Shown here: positions 27,546 to 35,387 of the stretch, piece by piece
Layout: every line of letters starts with the position of its first letter
Numbering within the stretch: the stretch's first letter is position 1
Assembly: GCA_036507075.1 (NCBI GenBank)
Contig: DASXQR010000177.1
Location: 1 to 35,387 of the forward strand
Length of the DNA stretch: 35,387 nucleotides
DNA from: Acidobacteriota bacterium
Lineage (GTDB): Bacteria > Acidobacteriota > UBA6911 > JACQSX01
Reading direction: 5' to 3'
Translations under genes and position numbers: made by a program
Notes under the pieces: model-generated
The model's database searches: none
What the model was told of the DNA's origin: nothing
Seen by the model: only the letters and a program-made list of their open reading frames with translations

Positions 27546-28709
27546 TTACGTGACGATTCTCGCCCCGCCGGCCGCTTTGCAGGCGAAAAGGACGGAGGGC
27601 AGATCCACTTGTTCACGATATTTCTCCTGCACCTTCTGAGTAAAATCGCTGATGCCGTCGCTGTCCACCAGCGCCACCGCGCATCCTCCAAAACCGGCGC
27701 CGGTCATGCGGGCGCCGATGCAAGCGGGATGACGCGACGCCAGCGCCACCATCAAGTCCAGTTCGCGGCTGGAAACCTCGTACAGGTTCTTCAGGCTGGC
27801 GTGTGACTGGCTCATCAGCCTGCCAACCGCTTCCCGATCCTGGACGGCAAGGGCGCGTGTCAGGTCAACGGGCCTGAAGTTTTCCTGCACCACATGCTTC
27901 GCCCTCCAGAATGTGGTTGTATCCATCGATGGCTGGAAGTGCTCGAGCGTGGAAAGATCCACGTCGCGCAGCGAAGAAATATCCGGCCGCTCACGCCGGA
28001 TGATTTCAACAGCCTTTCGGCAGCTGGCTCTGCGCTCGTTGTACGCGCTTCCGGCTAGTGTGCGCCGCGCTCCCGTGTCCATCACCACAATTGAGAAGCT
28101 GTCGGGGATGGGCACGGCTTCCGCCTTGAGACTGCGACAGTCGATCAGCAACGCACATCGTTCCTTTGACGCTGCAGAGACAAACTGGTCCATGATGCCG
28201 CTGTCAACGCCTATATAGGCATTCTCAACTTTCTGGCCAATTCCGGCCATAAACGGCGGGTCCCAATCAATACCCGACAGCGCGGCAAACGCTCTGGCAG
28301 CGCTCATCTCAATGGCAGCCGAAGAAGCGAGACCTGCGCCAACTGGCACGTTCCCCTTTACAATCATGCTGGCGCCGACGACTTTGGAGCCGCTCTCTGC
28401 CAGTGCCCAGGCAACCCCGGCAATATAATCGATCCACCTGGAGCCTCCCGGGGCCCGAAGCTTTGCAATCTCCAATTCCTGTAATTCCTGAAAGTCTATC
28501 GAGTAAGCCTGGACGCGACCATCCTTGCGGGGTGTAAAGGCAGCGGCCACATATCGATCGATGGCTGCAGGCAGCACGTAACCCTCGTTGTAGTCGGTAT
28601 GCTCGCCGATCAAATTCACGCGTCCCGGAGCCAGCGCCACCTTCGGCTTGCCGGCATCCGGGAAGATACTCGCAAACTCGGTGCTTACAGCCGCGATGAG
28701 GTCTTCCAT
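27546..28709 (-). CDS. galK: Galactokinase
   Basis: APGRVNLIGEHTDYN, PVGAGLASSA, GIMDQF and ARMTGAGFGG. Confidence 0.95.
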   Translation of the reverse strand: MEDLIAAVSTEFASIFPDAGKPKVALAPGRVNLIGEHTDYNEGYVLPAAIDRYVAAAFTPRKDGRVQAYSIDFQELQELEIAKLRAPGGSRWIDYIAGVAWALAESGSKVVGASMIVKGNVPVGAGLASSAAIEMSAARAFAALSGIDWDPPFMAGIGQKVENAYIGVDSGIMDQFVSAASKERCALLIDCRSLKAEAVPIPDSFSIVVMDTGARRTLAGSAYNERRASCRKAVEIIRRERPDISSLRDVDLSTLEHFQPSMDTTTFWRAKHVVQENFRPVDLTRALAVQDREAVGRLMSQSHASLKNLYEVSSRELDLMVALASRHPACIGARMTGAGFGGCAVALVDSDGISDFTQKVQEKYREQVDLPSVLFACKAAGGARIVT

Positions 28710-28714
28710 ACTAA

Positions 28715-28757
28715 AAAGTCAAAAGTCTGAAAGTCGAACGTCAAAGGTCGAAAGTCG
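28715..28757 (+). repeat. AAAGTCN heptamer run
   Basis: AAAGTCAAAAGTCTGAAAGTCGAACGTCAAAGGTCGAAAGTCG; related run at 30044-30063. Confidence 0.7.
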
Positions 28758-28771
28758 GCGCATGAAACTTT

Positions 28772-28919
28772 AACCACAAAGACACGAAGGACACAAAGGG
28801 AAGACGTGGGGCAGGCAGAGGCCGGTCAGCTGTCCAAAGTGAAAGTGCCAGGGTTTTTCAAGCTGACCGGCCTCTGCCTGCCCCACGTCTTACTTCGTGC
28901 TTTTTGTGCCTTTGTGGTT
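28772..28919. repeat. ACCACAAAG-family arms enclosing a 31-bp perfect REP-like inverted repeat
   Basis: Outer AACCACAAAGACACGAAGG/TTTTTGTGCCTTTGTGGTT; inner 28801-28831 is the exact reverse complement of 28861-28891. Confidence 0.9.
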
Positions 28920-28939
28920 GAAGAATCCTTACTCGAATT

Positions 28940-29974
28940 TCAGTCAAGATAATGGCGTTCGGACATTTCACGCAGTCGCCCTGCGGCTTCCTCGGCGGTT
29001 ATGTCTCGCTGGGGCTCGGCCGTCATTTCATAACCTACGCCGAATTTCTTTATCGTGGCCGATCTGAGAAGCGGCGGATAGTAGATGGCATGCAGCCTCC
29101 AGAAAGGGTATTCGCCTCCGTCGACTGGCTGGCCGTGCCAGCCCATGGTATAGGGAAAGGAAGTCTGGAACAGATTATCGTAGCGCGTGTTCAAACGCTT
29201 AAGAATATCGGCGAGCGCCCGGCGCTCGTCGTTGGAGAGTGACGTCAGGTCGGGTACCTTCCGTTTCGGGATCAACATTGTCTCATACGGCCAATACGCC
29301 CAAAAAGGAACCAGGACAACCCAGGATTCATTTTCACACACGATTCTTGATGGCGACTCGATCTCCTGTGAGAGATAGTCTCCAAGGAGATCCGAGTTGT
29401 AGGCCCGGTAGTGGCGTTGCTGTGAGACGAGTTTCCTGAGCGGCTCGCTGGGAATGGATTTCACGCCCCAGATCTGGCAGTGGGGATGAGGGTTGCTGCA
29501 TCCCATGGTCGCGCCTTTGTTTTCAAAAATCTGAACGTAACCGATAAACGACTGGGCGCCCAGATCTTCGGTCTGCTCGGCCCACACATCCACCACGGTG
29601 CTTATCGCGTGAGTGTCCATACGCGCCAGCGAAAGATCGTGGCGCGGAGTAAAACAGATGACCCGGCATACCCCCGGCTCGGCCCGGGCGATCAGCAAAT
29701 CAGACTGGTTAATCTCACCCTCCGGCGTATTTGGCAGCAGGGCTGGGAAGTCATTATCAAAGATGAAGGTCGTGGTGTAATGCGCATTGCGATGGCCTCC
29801 CGATCGCTCGTTCCCGGGGCACAGATAACAACCAGGATCGTAGGGAAGGTTGACTGGCTTCTCCACAGATTCGATTTGCCCTTGCCAGGGACGCTTTGTG
29901 CGCTGGGGCGAACAGAGTACCCACTCATCAGTGAGCGGATTGTACCGGCGATGGGGACGCTCCATGTCGATCAT
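28940..29974 (-). CDS. galT: Galactose-1-phosphate uridylyltransferase
   Basis: HRRYNPL, RPWQGQ, CYLCPGN and catalytic [10 protein letters not shown]; start at 29974 or 29965. Confidence 0.95.
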   Translation of the reverse strand: MIDMERPHRRYNPLTDEWVLCSPQRTKRPWQGQIESVEKPVNLPYDPGCYLCPGNERSGGHRNAHYTTTFIFDNDFPALLPNTPEGEINQSDLLIARAEPGVCRVICFTPRHDLSLARMDTHAISTVVDVWAEQTEDLGAQSFIGYVQIFENKGATMGCSNPHPHCQIWGVKSIPSEPLRKLVSQQRHYRAYNSDLLGDYLSQEIESPSRIVCENESWVVLVPFWAYWPYETMLIPKRKVPDLTSLSNDERRALADILKRLNTRYDNLFQTSFPYTMGWHGQPVDGGEYPFWRLHAIYYPPLLRSATIKKFGVGYEMTAEPQRDITAEEAAGRLREMSERHYLD

Positions 29975-30123
29975 AATTATTAATAAGGATAGTCCGAAAG
30001 CCTGTCCAGAGTTCACGAATTTCAAAATGCGAAAATTGAAAACTCTGAAAGTCGAAAGTCTGACTCTAATCGCCATAAGAGCGTGATGCTCGAATCTACC
30101 GGCTGCCGATTCGCCACATTGCT

Positions 30124-30215
30124 TTCACCGCAGAGACACCAAGATCGCTGAGTCTCGCAGAGTCTGCAATCCAGGCTCTGCGAAATCTCAGCGTGCTCTG
30201 CGCCTCGGCGGTGAA
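30124..30215. repeat. Palindromic element, ACCGCAGAG family
   Basis: TTCACCGCAGAG...CGCTGAG...TCGCAGAG paired with CTCTGCGA...CTCAGCG...CTCGGCGGTGAA. Confidence 0.75.
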
Positions 30216-30273
30216 TGCAACGCAGCCGGCTTCACGACCTAAATTCGGGGCAATAATGCTAGGATCAGAAAGG

Positions 30274-31410
30274 ATGAAAGGCCCTCGCGCAAAGAAAATG
30301 ACGCCAGCCAGAATCGAGAGCGGCGGTTTTCCCAGCCTTCCAATTCCCCTCCCCATCCCGTTTCCGCCCATGGAGGCAACGCGTGCCGGTCAACTGCCGC
30401 CGGGAGATGATTGGCAGTTTGAACCGAAGTGGGATGGATTTCGGGCCTTGGTCTTCCGGTCCGGAGAGCAGATCGTCCTGCAATCAAAATCAGGCCAGCC
30501 GCTGGCGCGTTACTTTCCCGAACTGATAAAGGAATTCGCCAAACTGAAACAAAAGTCGTTTGTCCTGGATGGCGAAATTGTTATTTCCGTTGACGGAAGG
30601 CTCTCGTTTGACGACTTGCTGATGCGGATACATCCAGCAGCTTCGCGCATCGCCAAACTTTCAGCCGAGACCCCGGCCATGTACTTTGCGTTCGATCTGC
30701 TCTACCAATCCACGGGAAAGAAGAAGCTTCTCGTGAAAACTCCGTTGTATGAACGCCGCCAATGCCTGGAGATTTTTTTTCGAAAGGCGGCAGCGAGTTC
30801 TTCAATCAAGCTCACACCGGCAACACGGGAACGCAAGACGGCAAGTCAGTGGTTCCGGAAGTGGGGCGCCATGGGTCTTGACGGCGTGATCGCCAAAAAG
30901 GTGAACGAGCCGTACCACTCCGGCGACAGGAAGGGGATGGTCAAAGTAAAAAACCTTAAGACCGCCGATTGCGTGGTTGGCGGCTTTCGTTACGCCACGG
31001 GTTCGCGAATGATCGGTTCGCTCCTGCTGGGCCTCTACGATTCCGAGGGTAAACTGAATCACGTCGGCTTCACCTCCTCGTTCACCCCTCAGGAGCGAAA
31101 ACAGCTAAAAAAGATCCTGGAACCGATGCGCGGCGGCAAGGGCTTCAGCGGCAGAGCTCCCGGGGGTCCAAGCCGCTGGTCCACGGAAAGAAGCGGGGAA
31201 TGGGAACCGGTCAACCCGTTTCTGGTTTGCGAGGTACGTTATGACTACTTCTCACAGCAGCGCTTCCGGCATGGAACGAAGTTCCTTCGATGGCGGCCGG
31301 ACAAGAAACCCAAAATGTGCACCCTGGATCAGGTAGCGACGACCGGTTTGTCCGTAGTCAGTGGTCCGTTGTCAGTCGCCAGTTTACTGCTTGGAACGTC
31401 GAAGGTCTGA
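30274..31410 (+). CDS. ATP-dependent DNA ligase, LigC type (start uncertain)
   Basis: EPKWDGFR, LDGEIV, AFDLL, DGVIAK, TADCVVGG and FRHGTKFLRWRPDK. Confidence 0.9.
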   Translation: MKGPRAKKMTPARIESGGFPSLPIPLPIPFPPMEATRAGQLPPGDDWQFEPKWDGFRALVFRSGEQIVLQSKSGQPLARYFPELIKEFAKLKQKSFVLDGEIVISVDGRLSFDDLLMRIHPAASRIAKLSAETPAMYFAFDLLYQSTGKKKLLVKTPLYERRQCLEIFFRKAAASSSIKLTPATRERKTASQWFRKWGAMGLDGVIAKKVNEPYHSGDRKGMVKVKNLKTADCVVGGFRYATGSRMIGSLLLGLYDSEGKLNHVGFTSSFTPQERKQLKKILEPMRGGKGFSGRAPGGPSRWSTERSGEWEPVNPFLVCEVRYDYFSQQRFRHGTKFLRWRPDKKPKMCTLDQVATTGLSVVSGPLSVASLLLGTSKV

Positions 31411-31412
31411 AA

Positions 31413-31910
31413 TCAATGAAGCGCGGCGGCTTGATTGATCGTGTCCTTGGCAATATCGCTCAGTTTTTCGTCCGCCTTCTTTTCCTCGTCGACGGTTTCC
31501 TTCAATAGATCCAGAGCATCATCATAATCGAGCAGCTTTGCCCAGGTGCAGATCGTTCCGTAGCTGGCAATTTCATAATGCTCGATCTTCTGAGCCACCG
31601 AGATCAATGCCGCATCTTTAACAGAAGGATCGGCTGTCGACTGCAGGATTTCAGTAGCTTCACGGATCAGACCCTGCACGCCAAGGCACGGCTCCGTTCC
31701 GGGATCGACGCCCAGCATCGCAAAGACCCGCTGCAGTCGTGTGAGTTGCTGTCGTGTTTCTTCATAATGATTCTGGAATGCGTTTTGAAGCTCCGCATAA
31801 GCCGCCGCCCGAATCATTTTGGGGAGGCTCTCCACCATTTGAACCTCCGCACTGTACAGATCCTGAAGCTCATGAAGAAACAGTGAATGAAATGATTGCA
31901 GTTTTTCCAT
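31413..31910 (-). CDS. DUF892 (YciE/YciF) ferritin-like protein
   Basis: ELQDLYSAE, AQKIEHYEIASYG and EEKKADEKL; GGAGG RBS. Confidence 0.9.
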   Translation of the reverse strand: MEKLQSFHSLFLHELQDLYSAEVQMVESLPKMIRAAAYAELQNAFQNHYEETRQQLTRLQRVFAMLGVDPGTEPCLGVQGLIREATEILQSTADPSVKDAALISVAQKIEHYEIASYGTICTWAKLLDYDDALDLLKETVDEEKKADEKLSDIAKDTINQAAALH

Positions 31911-32041
31911 ATGACCTCCTTTGGAATTAATAACCGCCACCTATCGAATTGAGGAAGCCGCCCTCACAAACTTCCCCCTTCCTTCCCCTTCATAACCCTC
32001 TTTTTTCATTGTAGTACTGATTCCGGGCACCGCAACCTGGA

Positions 32042-32325
32042 GCAGGAGGCAGGAGGCAGGAGGCAGGGGCAGGAAGCAGGAGGCAGGAAGCAGGAGGCAG
32101 GGGCGGCGGATGGCACGCCAACCGAACCGCGCGCGTCAGCAAGCGGACCCTCGATGTGTCACTTCTGATTACCGTTGTGACGGATAACCTGGAGGCGACC
32201 AAAGTCTACAAAGCTTAACTGCGTACCGATATTCCGGAGGGTCCGCTTGCTGACGCGCGCGGTTCGGTTGCTCTGCCCATCGGCCGCCTCCTGCCTTTTG
32301 CCTCCTGCCTTCTGCCTCCTGCCTC
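32042..32325. repeat. GGAGGCA heptamer arms enclosing a 34-bp perfect REP-like inverted repeat
   Basis: Heptamer runs at 32042-32104 and inverted at 32286-32325; inner 32119-32152 is the exact reverse complement of 32237-32270. Confidence 0.9.
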
Positions 32326-32470
32326 TTAATCGCAACTTTTAGCGCTACGCGGCATCAAAAGGCTGACAGCCTGGGCTGAAGGCCTCTAATTTGACGCCTT
32401 CACGACGGTGGAATTCTTTGCTAATGTCGCATTTTCGCCGTGCATCGACATGGAGATATGGAGGTAAGTA

Positions 32471-34069
32471 ATGTTTCGAGCCAGATCTTGCTGCCGTGCC
32501 GTTACTCGCCTGGCAGTGGTGTTTTTTACCTTTTCGGCGCTGAGCGCTCAGTCTGAAGACTATTTGCGCGAGCCAGGCGTTCGCATCAGCCGAAGCGTAA
32601 GCGTCGAGATTGTAAGGCTCAGCACCGGACGGCTAAGGGCCTATTATCCGGTCAGTTCCGGAATCGTGAGCGCTACTTCGCTGGACGGCCTCAACTGGAC
32701 CGCTGAAGCGGGTCTGCGAGTCTCCGGCGGCATCCATCCGGCAATCATCACGCTGCCGACCGGCGGATTTCGGATGATTTACGGTCTTTCCGACCAGTTC
32801 CCTTTCCGGGAACGACTGGGCAGCGCCATATCGACCGACGGACTGACCTTCGTGATTGAAACCGGAACTCGACTCAGCCCTTTGCCGGAAGACAACGGCG
32901 TCGTGGGAGCGCCCAATGTCATCCGTCTGCCAAATGGGCAACTGCGCATGTATTACATTAACGGCCTTGCGGGAGGTGGAATACTGAGCGCCACTTCCGC
33001 CGATGAGGGTCTGACCTGGAGTCGTGAACCGGGAACCCGAGCTGGAAACGGGGTACTTTTCCCCAATTCCCCTCCCAGTATTTCCGCAAGTGATCCGGCG
33101 GTGGTGCTGCTTCCGGATGGCAGATTCAAGATGTTCTTTCTTCACCGCGACGGGGGCAGCACGGCGACGGGACAAAACTATGGAATTTACAGCGGGACTT
33201 CGACCGACGGCTTGAGTTTCACTCTGGACAGCGGCGTGAGGATAGTCGGCAACAAGGTTCCGGAAGATGTAAATGGGCTGGCTGAGCCGTTTCCGGTGCT
33301 CCTTTCCGACGGCCGCATTCGCCTTTATTTTTCCGGGGTGGGCGCTGCACAATTCGATCTCCTGAGCGCGCTGTCTGCGGGTGTGGCTACAGGCGACAGT
33401 GCCATCATCAACTTTGCGCAAATCGGTAATGGCACCGGAATTGTTTCCGAGCTTGTCCTCAGCAATCCTTCGGCTTCACGCACGGCGGCCGGCAAGATGG
33501 AAATCTTCGGAGACGACGGGACTCCTCTGGCCATGGGTTTTGCGGGATCTACCTCCAAGAGCCAGGTAGACTTTTCAATTCCGCCGCTGGGTGAGATTAC
33601 TATCGCGACGGATGGACAGGGCACGGTGGCCGTTGGTTCGGCGCAAGTAACCGCGGATAACACCGTGGGCGGGGTAATTCGCTTCAATTTGTCCGGTGTG
33701 GGCATTGCGGGAGTCGGTGAGAGCCAGCCGCTGAGCGGATTTATCACACCCGCAAGACGCAAGCTGGGTCAGATCAATACCGGTGTGGCGGTGCGTAACA
33801 CGGAAGCTGTTTCCGTCACGCTCAATTTGACTCTGCGGAATGCGCAGGGGCAGGTAATTCCCAACGGTCTGCGGACCATTCAGAATCTTGCAGCGGGCGG
33901 TCACCTGGCGCGCTTCCTGGAAGAGCTTTTTCCAACGGCGGCCCTCGATGATTTCGTTGGAACGCTCACTGTGGAAGCGGTAAGCGGCAGGATTGCCGGA
34001 ACCACACTGGAGCTGGGAACTGCGGCTGGACAGTTCACCACCTTGCCTGTGACGCCGCTGAAACCATGA
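32471..34069 (+). CDS. Secreted protein with a five-repeat beta-propeller-like domain and a C-terminal beta-rich domain
   Basis: Signal peptide, GGAGG RBS; repeated LxxGxxRxY...SxDGLx(W/F)xxExGxR (Asp-box-like) units. Confidence 0.7.
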   Translation: MFRARSCCRAVTRLAVVFFTFSALSAQSEDYLREPGVRISRSVSVEIVRLSTGRLRAYYPVSSGIVSATSLDGLNWTAEAGLRVSGGIHPAIITLPTGGFRMIYGLSDQFPFRERLGSAISTDGLTFVIETGTRLSPLPEDNGVVGAPNVIRLPNGQLRMYYINGLAGGGILSATSADEGLTWSREPGTRAGNGVLFPNSPPSISASDPAVVLLPDGRFKMFFLHRDGGSTATGQNYGIYSGTSTDGLSFTLDSGVRIVGNKVPEDVNGLAEPFPVLLSDGRIRLYFSGVGAAQFDLLSALSAGVATGDSAIINFAQIGNGTGIVSELVLSNPSASRTAAGKMEIFGDDGTPLAMGFAGSTSKSQVDFSIPPLGEITIATDGQGTVAVGSAQVTADNTVGGVIRFNLSGVGIAGVGESQPLSGFITPARRKLGQINTGVAVRNTEAVSVTLNLTLRNAQGQVIPNGLRTIQNLAAGGHLARFLEELFPTAALDDFVGTLTVEAVSGRIAGTTLELGTAAGQFTTLPVTPLKP

Positions 34070-34076
34070 GCCTGAG

Positions 34077-34144
34077 AGTGGTCCGTGGTCAGTGGTCAGT
34101 CGGGACACGGACTACTGGCCACTGACCACGGACTACTGGCGACT
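34077..34144. repeat. Palindromic element with GTC(A/C)GTG heptamer arms
   Basis: 34077-34100 and 34114-34137 are inverted with 2 mismatches; solo arm of the same family at 31350-31383. Confidence 0.85.
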
Positions 34145-34474
34145 TTTGGCTTCGACCGGATACCCCGCTTTTATCCACCCGTTAAAACCGCCGTACAGCG
34201 GGTGAACATTATCGAAGCCTTTTTCCGCCAGGTTGTGCACCACACGGGTGCTTGCCTCGTCGTGCGGTCAGGCACAATAGGCAATGATGGGGCGATCACG
34301 CGGAAACTCCTCTAGATGTTCGCCCACTTCATCTGGTGGAATGCGCATAGCTCCCGGAAGCTGTGCGTCTGATTCTTCCCAGGCTTTGGGACTGCGAACG
34401 TCAAGAACAAGCAGCGGCTCTCGACGCTCCAGCCTTCCTTTCAGGTCATCGATAGTTACCTTCGTTAAAGGCAT
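34133..34474 (-). CDS. Single-domain rhodanese, probable selenoprotein (UGA at codon 69; 113 aa)
   Basis: After IIAYCA-TGA (34270-34268) the frame reads PHDEASTRVVHNLAEKGFDNVHPLYGGFNGWIKAGYPVEAKSRQ-TAG, the normal rhodanese C-terminal half. Confidence 0.8.
34225..34267 (-). promoter_or_regulatory. Candidate bacterial SECIS element
   Basis: CCGC-ACGACG-AGG-CAA-GCACC-[CGUGU]-GGUGC-ACAA-CCU-G-GCGG directly 3' of the UGA; folded by eye. Confidence 0.65.
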
Positions 34475-34486
34475 CTCATTATCTGC

Positions 34487-34981
34487 TTACTTGCGGGACT
34501 CTCGGGGAGCGGACACGTCCGGGACTTCTTCGCCCAGTGCCGTTGCAAGATCGATCTGATGCTCCTGTTCCTGGACCAGAATCTGGCGAATTTGCTCGGC
34601 GACGGCGAACTCACCCAACGCTTCACACTGCCTCACACGCTCGCGATAATTGCGCACCGTTTCATTCTCGTTGCTCAGATCAAACCTCAACATATCGACG
34701 GCATTCTCCGACAACTTTACGGGTTTTGGCGAAGCAGTGGGCATTCCGCCGAGATAATCGATGTTTTTGGCAATGGTGAGCGCGTGCTGGAGCTCCTGGG
34801 TTGCATGAACTTCCAGTTCCCCGGCTATGCTCATGTATTCAGGTCCCTTGAGCACCTGCGAATAAATAACGTAGGCGATGATCGCCTGGTACTCGCGGGC
34901 AAGATCTTCATTTAACAGATCGATCAGTTGCCCGCGAGTCACGGGAGTTACCTCGGGCGGAGTTTGTGTTTCAACCGGCAT
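34487..34981 (-). CDS. Ferritin-like protein (bacterioferritin-related)
   Basis: LNEDLAREYQAIIAY, ELQHA, IDYLGG and EQEH; AAGGAG RBS. Confidence 0.85.
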   Translation of the reverse strand: MPVETQTPPEVTPVTRGQLIDLLNEDLAREYQAIIAYVIYSQVLKGPEYMSIAGELEVHATQELQHALTIAKNIDYLGGMPTASPKPVKLSENAVDMLRFDLSNENETVRNYRERVRQCEALGEFAVAEQIRQILVQEQEHQIDLATALGEEVPDVSAPRESRK

Positions 34982-35139
34982 GGTTTCTTCTCCTTGAATA
35001 TTTTGGGGTTACGCCCTGGCGTACATTGCATCGGGGTGCAACTTGTCTTACGCGTACTCCAGGATCCCAATATGAATGTAGCTCGACTCGCGCCAAAAGC
35101 AACTTGCCGAAGAGGGGATTTGCCACAAAGCCACGCGGG

Positions 35140-35246
35140 GGGATGGAGGGATCAAGGGATGGAGGGATGGAGGAGGGACGGAGGGATTGAGACATACGCT
35201 CTCCATCCCTCCATCCCTCCATCCCTCCGTCCTTCCATCCCTCCAT
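35140..35246. repeat. Palindromic element with GGATGGAG octamer arms
   Basis: (GGATGGAG)n at 35140-35190 and (CTCCATCC)n at 35201-35246. Confidence 0.85.
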
Positions 35247-35301
35247 ACTCTGTACTACTAACCATGAGAATTTTCGCGGCCTGCGCAAATTATTCGGGAG
35301 C

Positions 35302-35372
35302 GGAGAGACGGCCTGAGGGCCGTCTCAGCTTGGCAGGACACCGCAGAGAGACGGCCCTCAGGCCGTCTCTCC
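35302..35372. repeat. REP-like doublet, GAGACGGCC family
   Basis: 35302-35326 is the exact reverse complement of 35348-35372; each arm is itself a hairpin. Confidence 0.9.
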
Positions 35373-35387
35373 TTGACTTTTGGTTGC

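Noticed and set aside
29975..30273. Long N-terminal extensions of galT and the ligase in the ORF track
   Set aside because: They run through repeat or intergenic sequence; recognisable protein starts later.
31990..32202. Low-complexity ORFs over repeats (also 7289-7570, 14268-14711, 18066-18428, 34971-35288)
   Set aside because: Translations of repeat arms (PASCLL, MRISECG, MEGWRD), not credible proteins.
34268..34474. 68-aa truncated rhodanese or pseudogene
   Set aside because: The frame continues intact past the TGA at the active site with a SECIS-like hairpin; recoding fits better.
35026..35041. TTGCA-N6-TGCAA palindrome upstream of the ferritin-like gene
   Set aside because: Single short occurrence that cannot be told from chance without orthologs.

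Overview
GC-rich bacterial chromosomal DNA, probably Acidobacteriota (an impression from protein families and repeat style, not tested). It holds about 31 protein genes: a sugar-phosphate cluster (HAD, deoxyhypusine-synthase-like protein, RfaE/PfkB kinase, ROK kinase, GmhA-like isomerase, MFS), YihY, an acyl-CoA ligase-ACP-acyltransferase fusion, a sulfurtransferase, three ECF sigma/anti-sigma modules, an RND-MFP-TolC pump, galT/galK, a LigC-type ligase, two ferritin-like proteins and a secreted propeller protein. No rRNA, tRNA, CRISPR array or transposase gene was seen. Two things stand out. (1) The apparently truncated rhodanese at 34268-34474 continues in frame through a UGA in its active-site loop (YCA-U-PHDE) and is followed by a SECIS-like hairpin, so it is probably a 113-aa selenoprotein. 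(2) Most of the longer intergenic gaps carry palindromic elements built from 7-, 8- or 9-nt tandem units or REP-like hairpins. About 20 copies from many families are present; several are nested inside one another and several overlap gene ends.
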